Positions 1 through 6,973 of a stretch of DNA of 8,887 nucleotides are shown in pieces. The first letter of the stretch is position 1; each line of letters begins with the position of its first letter. The notes under the pieces were generated by a model that was not told the DNA's origin, did no database searches, and saw only the letters and a list, made by a program, of their open reading frames with translations. This DNA comes from a virus. Lineage: Duplodnaviria > Heunggongvirae > Uroviricota > Caudoviricetes. A program made the translations under genes and the position numbers. Where the stretch lies: the IMG/VR virus record IMGVR_UViG_2671180695_000003; one strand, written 5' to 3'.

Positions 1-1
1 G

Positions 2-748
2 CCGGATGAAGATCCGCAGAATCTGGCGGACCCGGCTTACCGCCGCCGTCGCATCATCATGCAGAACATGCGTGACGAAGAGCTGGCCATTGCTCAGGTC
101 GAAGAGATGCAGGCAGTTTCTGCCGTGCTTAAGGGCAAATACACCATGACCGGTGAAGCCTTTGATCCGGTTGAGGTGGATATGGGCCGCAGTGCGGCGA
201 ACAACATCACACAGTCCGGCGGCACGGAGTGGAGCAAGCGTGACAAGTCCACGTATGACCCGACCGACGATATCGAAGCCTACGCGCTGAACGCCAGCGG
301 CGTGGTGAATATCATTGTGTTTGACCCGAAAGGCTGGGCGCTGTTCCGTTCCTTCAAAGCCGTCAGGGAGAAGCTGGATACCCGTCGCGGCTCTCATTCC
401 GAACTGGAGACAGCGGTAAAAGACCTGGGCAAAGCGGTGTCTTATAAGGGAATGTATGGCGATGTGGCCATCGTCGTGTATTCCGGACAGTACGTGGAAA
501 ACGGCGTCAAAAAGAACTTCCTGCCGGACAACACGATGGTGCTGGGTAACACTCATGCACGCGGTCTGCGCACCTATGGCTGCATTCAGGATGCGGATGC
601 ACAGCGCGAAGGCATTAACGCCTCTGCCCGTTACCCGAAAAACTGGGTGACCACCGGCGATCCGGCGCGTGAGTTCACCATGATTCAGTCAGCACCGCTG
701 ATGCTGCTGGCTGACCCTGATGAGTTCGTTTCCGTACAACTGGCGTAA
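2..748 (+). CDS. E: Major capsid protein, lambda gpE-like; 5'-truncated by the window edge (C-terminal ~248 codons present)
   Basis: Frame 2 is open from position 2 to TAA at 746-748. The translation (PDEDPQNLADPAYRRRRIIMQNMRDEELAIAQVEEMQAVSAVLKGKYTMTGEAFDPVEVDMGRS...PDEFVSVQLA) matches my recall of the lambda E C-terminus almost residue for residue. The ORF track's start at 59 is just the first in-frame Met; the true start lies upstream of the window. Confidence 0.93.
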   Translation, partial: PDEDPQNLADPAYRRRRIIMQNMRDEELAIAQVEEMQAVSAVLKGKYTMTGEAFDPVEVDMGRSAANNITQSGGTEWSKRDKSTYDPTDDIEAYALNASGVVNIIVFDPKGWALFRSFKAVREKLDTRRGSHSELETAVKDLGKAVSYKGMYGDVAIVVYSGQYVENGVKKNFLPDNTMVLGNTHARGLRTYGCIQDADAQREGINASARYPKNWVTTGDPAREFTMIQSAPLMLLADPDEFVSVQLA

Positions 749-751
749 TCG

Positions 752-778
752 TGGCCCTTCGGGGCCATTTTCTCTCTG
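752..778 (+). terminator. Putative intercistronic stem-loop: 6-bp GC-rich stem TGGCCC/GGGCCA closing a C-UUCG-G tetraloop, followed by a U-rich tract (TTTTCTCTCT). Possible partial terminator or mRNA-stabilising hairpin between E and FI
   Basis: Read directly: 752-757 TGGCCC, loop 758-761 TTCG, 762-767 GGGCCA (exact reverse complement), then 768-777 TTTTCTCTCT, immediately upstream of the FI Shine-Dalgarno at 780-786. Its function is inferred from the structure only. Confidence 0.3.
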
Positions 779-789
779 TGGAGGAGTTC

Positions 790-1176
790 ATGACGAAAGA
801 TGAACTGATTGCCCGTCTTCAGGAGCTGGGTGAGCAACTGAACCGTGATGTCAGCCTGACGGGAACGAAAGAAGAACTGGCGCTCCGTGTGGCAGAGCTG
901 GAAGAGGAGCTTGATGACACTGCCGATCAGGATACCCCTATCAGCCCGGAAAATGCGCTGACCGGACATGAAAATGAGGTTGTATCAGCGCAGCCGGATA
1001 CCGTGACTGATACGGCTGATCTGGTCACGGTTGTGGCACTGGTGACGCTGCATACTGATGCACTTCACGCCACGCGGGATGACACTGTGGCATTTGTGCT
1101 GCCGGGAACGGCGTTCCGTGTCTCTGCCGGTGTGGCAGCCGAAATGACAGAACGCGGCCTGGCCAGAATGCAATAA
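790..1176 (+). CDS. FI: DNA-packaging / head assembly accessory protein, lambda gpFI-like
   Basis: ATG at 790 is preceded by GGAGGAG (780-786). The translation MTKDELIARLQELGEQLNRDVSLTGTKEELALRVAELEEELDD...VAFVLPGTAFRVSAGVAAEMTERGLARMQ matches recalled lambda FI, with an acidic linker between conserved N- and C-terminal parts. The track's GTG at 751 is an upstream in-frame extension that would run through the hairpin and lacks an SD. Confidence 0.9.
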   Translation: MTKDELIARLQELGEQLNRDVSLTGTKEELALRVAELEEELDDTADQDTPISPENALTGHENEVVSAQPDTVTDTADLVTVVALVTLHTDALHATRDDTVAFVLPGTAFRVSAGVAAEMTERGLARMQ

Positions 1177-1187
1177 CGGGAGGCGCT

Positions 1188-1541
1188 GTGGCTGATTTCG
1201 ATAACCTGTTCGATGCTGCCATTGCCCGCGCCGATGAAACGATACGCGGGTACATGGGAACGTCAGCCACCATGACATCCGGTGAGCAGTCCGGCGCAGT
1301 AATACGTGGTGTTTTTGATGACCCTGAAAATATCAGCTATGCCGGACAGGGCGTGCGCGTTGAAGGCTCCAGCCCGTCCCTGTTTGTCCGGACTGATGAT
1401 GTGCGGCAACTGCGGCGTGGAGACACGCTGACCATCGGTGAGGAAAACTTCTGGATAGACCGGGTTTCGCCGGATGATGGTGGAAGCTGTCATCTCTGGC
1501 TCAACCGTGGGCAACCACCCGCTGTTAACCGGCGACGATAA
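1188..1541 (+). CDS. FII: Head-tail joining protein, lambda gpFII-like (117 aa)
   Basis: GTG start at 1188 is preceded by GGGAGG (1178-1183). The translation MADFDNLFDAAIARADETIRGYMGTSAT...SCHLWLNRGQPPAVNRRR matches recalled lambda FII in sequence and length. Confidence 0.92.
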   Translation: MADFDNLFDAAIARADETIRGYMGTSATMTSGEQSGAVIRGVFDDPENISYAGQGVRVEGSSPSLFVRTDDVRQLRRGDTLTIGEENFWIDRVSPDDGGSCHLWLNRGQPPAVNRRR

Positions 1542-1556
1542 ACGCAGGGTGAAATT

Positions 1557-2132
1557 ATGGCGATAAAAGGGCTTGATCAGGCGATTGATAATCTGAGCCG
1601 GGTTCGTAAAAACGCCATTCCGGCGGCTTCAGCAATGACGATTAACCGCGTGGCCACAACGGCGATTAATCAGTCTTCGTCACAGGTTGCCCGGGAAACC
1701 AGGGTGAGACGGAAACTGGTAAAGGAACGGTCCAGACTGAAACGGGCGACGGTCAGAAATCCGAATGCCAGAATTATCGTTAACCGCGGTGATCTCCCTG
1801 TGATTAAGCTGGGGATCAGAATGCTGGGACGTCGTCCGAACAGCATACTCAAAGCCGGTCAGCATCGTTATCAGCGGGCATTTATCCAGCGATTAAATAA
1901 TGGGCGCTGGCATGTTATGCAACGTCTTCCCCAGGCCAGATATGAGGAGGGCAATGACGACAAGGGAAGGAAAAAGCGTAATCGCCTTCCCATTCAGGTG
2001 GTGAAAATCCCGATGGCGGCCCCACTGAAACAGGCATTTGATGAGAATGTTGACCGTATCCGGCGTGAACGCCTGCCTAAAGAACTGGCATACGCGCTGA
2101 AACAACAACTGAGGATTGCAATAAAACGATGA
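1557..2132 (+). CDS. Z: Tail completion protein, lambda gpZ-like (191 aa)
   Basis: ATG at 1557 is preceded by AGGGTGA. N-terminus MAIKGL and C-terminus ...[41 protein letters not shown] match recalled lambda Z. The position between FII and U is as in lambda. Confidence 0.88.
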   Translation: MAIKGLDQAIDNLSRVRKNAIPAASAMTINRVATTAINQSSSQVARETRVRRKLVKERSRLKRATVRNPNARIIVNRGDLPVIKLGIRMLGRRPNSILKAGQHRYQRAFIQRLNNGRWHVMQRLPQARYEEGNDDKGRKKRNRLPIQVVKIPMAAPLKQAFDENVDRIRRERLPKELAYALKQQLRIAIKR

Positions 2133-2524
2133 AACACACTGACATTCGTGCCGCAGTGCTGGATGCACTCGAGCAGCATGAACACGGGGCGACGCTGTTT
2201 GATGGTCGCCCCGTTGTTTTTGACGAAGAGGATTTTCCTGCGATCGCGGTTTATCTGACGGATGCAGAGTATACCGGTGAAGAGCTGGATGCAGATACCT
2301 GGCGGGCCACGCTGCATATTGAGGTGTTTTTACCGGCACAGGTACCGGATTCAGAGCTTGATCAGTGGATGGAAAGCCGGATTTACCCGGCGATGACCGC
2401 GATCCCGGCACTGGCAGGACTGATTACCACGATGGTTACGCAGGGCTATGAGTATCGTCGTGATGACGATATGGCGTTATGGAGTTCTGCGGATCTGACT
2501 TATTCCATTACATACGAGATGTGA
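2129..2524 (+). CDS. U: Tail terminator protein, lambda gpU-like (131 aa)
   Basis: The start overlaps the Z stop in an ATGA (2129-2132). The translation [54 protein letters not shown]...[10 protein letters not shown] matches recalled lambda U in sequence and length. Confidence 0.93.
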   Translation: MKHTDIRAAVLDALEQHEHGATLFDGRPVVFDEEDFPAIAVYLTDAEYTGEELDADTWRATLHIEVFLPAQVPDSELDQWMESRIYPAMTAIPALAGLITTMVTQGYEYRRDDDMALWSSADLTYSITYEM

Positions 2525-2531
2525 GGACGAT

Positions 2532-3278
2532 ATGTCAACACCAAATCCCCTTGAGCCGGTAAAAGGTGCCGGTACCACCCTGTGGGTTTATAACGGTCAG
2601 GGTGACGCCTATGCAAACCCGTTGTCAGACGATGACTGGCAGCGACTGGCTAAGGTGAAGGATCTGACGCCGGGCGAGATGACGGCAGAACCCTACGATG
2701 ATAACTACCTGGATGATGAAGACGCGGACTGGACTGCGACCGGGCAGGGGCAGAAGTCTGCAGGAGATACCAGTTTTACGCTGGCCTGGAAACCGGGAGA
2801 AGAAGGTCAGAAAGGGCTTATAGGCTGGTTTGAAAGCGGCGATGTCCGGGCCTATAAAATCCGTTTTCCGAATGGCACGGTGGATGTGTTTCGTGGCTGG
2901 GTCAGCAGTATCGGTAAGGCCGTGACGGCGAAAGAAGTGATCACCCGCACGGTGAAAGTCACTAACGTGGGTAAACCTTCTGTAGCGGAAGAACGCAGCA
3001 AAATTACGCCGGTCACTGCGATTAAGGTAACGCCGACAGGTACGGTTGAAAAAGGGAAAACAACCACCCTGACCGTTACTGTGGAACCGGAAAATGCAAC
3101 GGATAAGACATTCAGGGCGATTTCCGCCGATCCATCAAAAGCCACCATTAGCGTGAAAGATATGACGATTACTGTGACGGGGGTTAAGGATGGAAAAGTC
3201 AGCATCCCTGTGATTTCCGGTAATGGTCAGTTTGCTGCGGTGGCTGAAATTACCGTTAATAATGTGCCGGGTGGCTAA
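2532..3278 (+). CDS. V: Major tail tube protein, lambda gpV-like (248 aa), with a C-terminal Ig-like (Big_2-type) domain
   Basis: ATG at 2532 is preceded by GAGGA (2524-2528). The N-terminal ~150 aa (…[23 protein letters not shown]…[41 protein letters not shown]) match recalled lambda V. Residues ~157-243 (coords ~3000-3260) are a T/V-rich beta-strand segment typical of phage Ig-like domains. Confidence 0.93.
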   Translation: MSTPNPLEPVKGAGTTLWVYNGQGDAYANPLSDDDWQRLAKVKDLTPGEMTAEPYDDNYLDDEDADWTATGQGQKSAGDTSFTLAWKPGEEGQKGLIGWFESGDVRAYKIRFPNGTVDVFRGWVSSIGKAVTAKEVITRTVKVTNVGKPSVAEERSKITPVTAIKVTPTGTVEKGKTTTLTVTVEPENATDKTFRAISADPSKATISVKDMTITVTGVKDGKVSIPVISGNGQFAAVAEITVNNVPGG

Positions 3279-3296
3279 AGAGCTGAGAGATAAGCG

Positions 3297-3728
3297 ATGT
3301 TCCTGAAAACAGAACAATTTGAATATAACGGTGTATCCGTCACGCTTTCTGAGCTGTCTGCGCTGCAGCGTATTGAGCATCTTGCCCTCCTGAAACGGCG
3401 GGCAGAAGAGGCTGAAGCCAGCGGCAACCTGCAGGTGAGTGTGGAAGATCTTGTCAGAACCGGCGCGTTTCTGGTGGCGATGTCCCTGTGGCATAACCAT
3501 CCACAGAAAACGCAGTCACCGTCAATGAATGAGGCCGTGATGAAGATAGAGCAGGAAGTGCTCACCACCTGGCCTGCCGATGCCATTGCCCGGGCGGAAG
3601 ACGTGGTGTTGTGCTTGTCCGGGATGATCGAAGCTGTTCGTCCGGATACTGATATTACTGAAGTGGCGAAAAATAACACGCTGACTGATGATGATTTTTC
3701 TGCGGGAAAGTCTTCGACGGCGAGCTGA
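3297..3728 (+). CDS. G: Tail assembly chaperone, lambda gpG-like (143 aa, zero-frame product)
   Basis: ATG at 3297 is preceded by GAGAGA. The translation MFLKTEQFEYNGVSVTLSELSALQRIEHLALLKRRAEEA...DDDFSAGKSSTAS matches recalled lambda G, and the slippery heptamer lies 6 codons before the stop, as in lambda. Confidence 0.92.
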   Translation: MFLKTEQFEYNGVSVTLSELSALQRIEHLALLKRRAEEAEASGNLQVSVEDLVRTGAFLVAMSLWHNHPQKTQSPSMNEAVMKIEQEVLTTWPADAIARAEDVVLCLSGMIEAVRPDTDITEVAKNNTLTDDDFSAGKSSTAS

Positions 3729-4168
3729 ACTTTGCCCTCAGACTGGCGCGTGAGATGGGGAGACCCGACTGGCGCGCCATGCTTGCCGGGATGACATCCA
3801 CCGAATATGCCGACTGGCACCGTTTTTACCGCACGCATTATTTTCAGGATACCCAGCTGGATATGCATTTTTCCGGGCTGACGTACGCTGTACTCAGCCT
3901 GTTTTTTTGCGATCCGGATATGCATCCCTCTGATTTCAGTCTGCTTGTCCCCCGGCATGAGGAAGAGCAGGTGGAGAGGCCGGATGAGGACAAAATGCTG
4001 ATGCAGAAAGCGGCAGGACTTGCCGGAGGCGTCCGGTTCGGTGGGGACGGAGGGCGCGATATTTTATCGTCTGCGGATGTGGCGGATGTCATGGTGGATG
4101 ATGCCGCATTAATGATGGCTTCAGCGGGGATTCCGGGAGGTGTGAGATATGTCCCAGCCGGTTGGTGA
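3297..4168 (+). CDS. GT: Tail assembly chaperone fusion gpGT-like, made by -1 frameshift at 3704-3710 (G frame 3297-3710, then T frame 3710-4168; predicted ~290 aa)
   Basis: The -1 frame translation after the slip, VFDGELNFALRLAREMGRPDWRAMLAGMTSTEYADWHRFYRTHYF...AGLAGGVRFG..., matches recalled lambda T/GT. The ATG at 3755 listed in the ORF track is internal to this frame and has no convincing SD. In lambda, T is made only as the GT fusion (established knowledge). Confidence 0.85.
3704..3710 (+). promoter_or_regulatory. Programmed -1 ribosomal frameshift slippery heptamer G_GGA_AAG (zero-frame codons GGA AAG)
   Basis: Read directly: GGGAAAG at 3704-3710 with the G frame reading GGA(3705-3707) AAG(3708-3710). 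The -1 frame is open from 3710 (GTC TTC GAC GGC GAG CTG AAC ...) through to the stop at 4166-4168. This is the same heptamer and arrangement as the lambda G/GT site. Confidence 0.88.
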
Positions 4169-6647
4169 TCTTGTTATTGACCTGAGTCTGGATGCTGTCC
4201 GTTTCGATGAGCAGATGAGCCGGGTAAGGCGTCATTTTTCAGGTCTGGATACCGACGCCAGAAAAACCGCCAGTGCTGTTGAACAGGGCCTGAGCCGCCA
4301 GGCGCTGGCTGCACAAAAAGCCGGGATTTCCGTCGGGCAGTATAAAGCGGCCATGCGAACCCTGCCCGCACAGTTTACGGATATCGCCACGCAGCTTGCC
4401 GGTGGTCAGAATCCCTGGCTGATCCTGCTGCAACAGGGCGGTCAGGTGAAGGACTCCTTCGGCGGGATGATCCCCATGTTCAGGGGGCTTGCCGGTGCGA
4501 TCACCCTGCCGATGGTCGGGGTCACCTCGCTGGCGGTGGCGACAGGTGCGCTGGTGTACGCCTGGTACCAGGGAGATTCCACGCTTTCAGCGTTTAATAA
4601 AACCCTGGTTCTTTCCGGTAATCAGTCCGGACTGACTGCCGATCGTATGCTGACTCTCTCAAGAGCCGGGCAGGCAGCAGGGCTGACGTTTAACCAGGCG
4701 AGAGAGTCACTGGCAGCCCTGGTGAATGCTGGTGTGCGTGGTGGTGAACAGTTTGATGCCATCAACCAGAGTGTCGCGCGTTTTGCGTCTGCATCCGGTG
4801 TGGAGGTGGATAAAGTCGCTGAAGCCTTCGGGAAGCTGACCACTGACCCGACGTCGGGACTGATGGCGATGGCGCGCCAGTTCCGTAACGTGACGGCAGA
4901 GCAGATTGCGTATGTTGCACAGCTGCAGCGTTCCGGAGACGAGGCCGGGGCATTGCAGGAGGAGGCGGATAAAACAGGGAAGGCATTCAAATCGATGTGG
5001 GATGCCATTCTGGATATCGGTCGTCCTGAATCCTCAGCGGATATGCTCGCCAGTGCGCAGAAGGCATTTGATGAGGCGGATAAAAAATGGCAGTGGTACC
5101 AGAGCCGGAGCCAGCGCCGGGGAAAGACCTCCTCTTTTCGTGCGAACCTTCAGGGGGCATGGGATGACAGGGAAAATGCCCGTCTGGGTCTGGCAGCGGC
5201 CACGCTGCAGTCGGATATGGAAAAAGCCGGTGAACTGGCGGCAAGGGACCGGGCTGAGCGTGAGGCGTCACAGCTGAAGTATACCGGAGAGGCGCAGAAG
5301 GCGTATGAGCGCCTGCAGACGCCGCTGGATAAATATACCGCCCGTCAGAAAGAGCTGAATAAGGCCCTGAAAGACGGAAAAATCCTGCAGGCGGATTACA
5401 ACACGCTGATGGCGTCGGCAAAAAAGGATTATGAATCGACGCTGAAAAAGCCGTCCGGTGTGAAGGTGTCTGCCGGTGAGCGCCAGGAAGACCGGGCGCA
5501 TGCAGCCATGCTGGCGCTTGAAACCGAGCTCAGGACGCTGGAAAAACACAGCGGTGTGAATGAGAAAATCAGCCAGCAGCGCCGGGATTTATGGGAAGCG
5601 GAAAATCAGTATGTGGTCCTGAAAGAGGCCGCCACGAAACGGCAGTTATCTGAGCAGGAAAAATCCCTGCTGGCTCATGAGAAAGAGACGCTGGAGTACA
5701 AACGCCAGCTGGCTGAGCTGGGAGACAAGATTGAACACCAGAAGCGGCTGAATGAGCTGGCACAGCAGGCGGCGCGGTTTGAACAGCAGCAGAGCGCGAA
5801 GCAGGCGGCAATCAGCGCAAAAGCCCGCGGCCTCACTGACCGTCAGGCGCAGCGGGAGTCGGAAGAGCAGCGCCTTCGTGAGGTGTACGGTGATAATCCG
5901 GCTGCGCTGGCGAAGGCCACATCTGCACTGAAGAACACCTGGTCTGCGGAGGAGCAGCTTCGTGGAAGCTGGATGGCCGGGATGAAGTCCGGCTGGGGCG
6001 AGTGGGCGGAAAGTGCGACGGACAGTTTTTCGCAGGTTAAAAACGCGGCCACGCAGACCTTTGACGGTATTGCACAGAATATGGCAGCGATGCTGACCGG
6101 CAGCGAACAGAACTGGCGGGGATTCACCCGTTCGGTGCTCTCCATGCTGACAGAAATTCTGCTTAAGCAGGCAATGGTGGGGATTGTCGGGAGTATCGGC
6201 AGCGCCATTGGCGGGGCTGTTGGTGGCGGCGCATCCGCGTCAGGCGGTACAGCCATTCAGGCCGCTGCGGCGAAATTCCATTTTGCAACCGGAGGATTTA
6301 CGGGAACCGGCGGCAAATATGAGCCAGCGGGAATTGTTCACCGCGGTGAATTCGTCTTCACGAAGGAGGCAACCAGCCGGATTGGCGTGGGGAATCTCTA
6401 CCGGCTGATGCGCGGCTATGCCACCGGCGGTTATGTCGGTACACCGGGCAGCATGGCGGACAGCCGGTCGCAGGCGTCCGGGACGTTTGAGCAGAATAAC
6501 CATGTGGTGATTAACAACGACGGCACGAACGGTCAGATAGGGCCACAGGCACTGAAGGCTGTTTATGACGTAGCCCGTAAGGCGGCAATGGATGTTGTGA
6601 CCGGGCAGATGCGCGATGGTGGTCTGTTCTCCGGAGGTGGACGATGA
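4149..6647 (+). CDS. H: Tail tape measure (length-determining) protein, lambda gpH-like (832 aa)
   Basis: ATG at 4149 overlaps the 3' end of the T frame by 20 nt. The N-terminus (MSQPVGDLVIDLSLDAVRFDEQMSRVRRHFSG...ISVGQYKAAMRTLPAQFTDIATQLAGGQNPWLILLQQGGQVKDSFGGMIPMF) and C-terminus (...GIVGSIGSAIGGAVGGGASASGGTAIQAAAAKFHFATGGFTGTGGKYEPAGIVHRGEFVFTKEATSRIG...MRDGGLFSGGGR) match recalled lambda H. The long central Q/E/K/R-rich region is predicted to be helical. Confidence 0.93.
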   Translation: MSQPVGDLVIDLSLDAVRFDEQMSRVRRHFSGLDTDARKTASAVEQGLSRQALAAQKAGISVGQYKAAMRTLPAQFTDIATQLAGGQNPWLILLQQGGQVKDSFGGMIPMFRGLAGAITLPMVGVTSLAVATGALVYAWYQGDSTLSAFNKTLVLSGNQSGLTADRMLTLSRAGQAAGLTFNQARESLAALVNAGVRGGEQFDAINQSVARFASASGVEVDKVAEAFGKLTTDPTSGLMAMARQFRNVTAEQIAYVAQLQRSGDEAGALQEEADKTGKAFKSMWDAILDIGRPESSADMLASAQKAFDEADKKWQWYQSRSQRRGKTSSFRANLQGAWDDRENARLGLAAATLQSDMEKAGELAARDRAEREASQLKYTGEAQKAYERLQTPLDKYTARQKELNKALKDGKILQADYNTLMASAKKDYESTLKKPSGVKVSAGERQEDRAHAAMLALETELRTLEKHSGVNEKISQQRRDLWEAENQYVVLKEAATKRQLSEQEKSLLAHEKETLEYKRQLAELGDKIEHQKRLNELAQQAARFEQQQSAKQAAISAKARGLTDRQAQRESEEQRLREVYGDNPAALAKATSALKNTWSAEEQLRGSWMAGMKSGWGEWAESATDSFSQVKNAATQTFDGIAQNMAAMLTGSEQNWRGFTRSVLSMLTEILLKQAMVGIVGSIGSAIGGAVGGGASASGGTAIQAAAAKFHFATGGFTGTGGKYEPAGIVHRGEFVFTKEATSRIGVGNLYRLMRGYATGGYVGTPGSMADSRSQASGTFEQNNHVVINNDGTNGQIGPQALKAVYDVARKAAMDVVTGQMRDGGLFSGGGR

Positions 6648-6973
6648 AAACCTTCCGCTGGAAAGTGAAACCCGGTATGGATGTGGCTTCGGCCCCTTCT
6701 GTAAGAAAGGTGCGCTTTGGTGATGGTTATTTCCAGCGAGCGCCTGCCGGGCTGAATGCCAACCTGAAAACGTACAGCGTGACGCTTTCTGTCCCCCGTG
6801 AGGAGGCCACGGTACTGGAGTCGTTTCTGGAAGAGCACGGGGGCTGGAAAGCCTTTCTGTGGACGCCGCCTTATGAGTGGCGGCAGATAAAGGTGACCTG
6901 CGCAAAATGGTCGTCGCGGGTCAGTATGCTGCGTGTTGAGTTCAGCGCAGAGTTTGAACAGGTGGTTAACTGA
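6644..6973 (+). CDS. M: Minor tail protein, lambda gpM-like (109 aa)
   Basis: ATGA overlap with the H stop (6644-6647). The translation MKTFRWKVKPGMDVASAPSVRKVRFGDGYFQRAPAGLNANLKTYSVTLSVPREEATVLESFLEEHGGWKAFLWTPPYEW... matches recalled lambda M in sequence and length. Confidence 0.92.
   Translation: MKTFRWKVKPGMDVASAPSVRKVRFGDGYFQRAPAGLNANLKTYSVTLSVPREEATVLESFLEEHGGWKAFLWTPPYEWRQIKVTCAKWSSRVSMLRVEFSAEFEQVVN

Noticed and set aside
456-650. Small + strand ORFs nested out of frame inside E, H and K (456-650, 4906-5277, 6184-6408, 7412-7600, 7601-7801, 8056-8292).
   Set aside because: These are alternative-frame ORFs inside genes whose own frames encode well-conserved proteins. Their translations are Arg/Cys/Pro-rich with no start signals. 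They are most parsimoniously chance ORFs.
751-789. GTG at 751 as the FI start (the 141-aa form in the ORF track).
   Set aside because: It would begin 2 nt after the E stop with no SD and translate through the UUCG hairpin. The ATG at 790 has a GGAGGAG SD and gives the N-terminus MTKDELIARL expected for FI.
3275-3958. Minus-strand ORF of 227 aa (and similar long minus-strand ORFs at 6240-6905, 6871-7527, 1893-2411, 4987-5421).
   Set aside because: Each lies entirely antisense to a high-confidence tail gene (G/T, H/M, L, Z/U, H). None has a recognisable start context, and their translations are low-complexity and Arg/Pro/Ser/Ala-rich, as expected from GC-rich antisense frames. Long spurious antisense ORFs are common at this GC content.
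3755-4168. Independent T gene starting at ATG 3755 (137 aa in the ORF track).
   Set aside because: There is no SD upstream. The frame is open all the way back to the slippery heptamer at 3704-3710, and in lambda biology T is produced only as the GT frameshift fusion.
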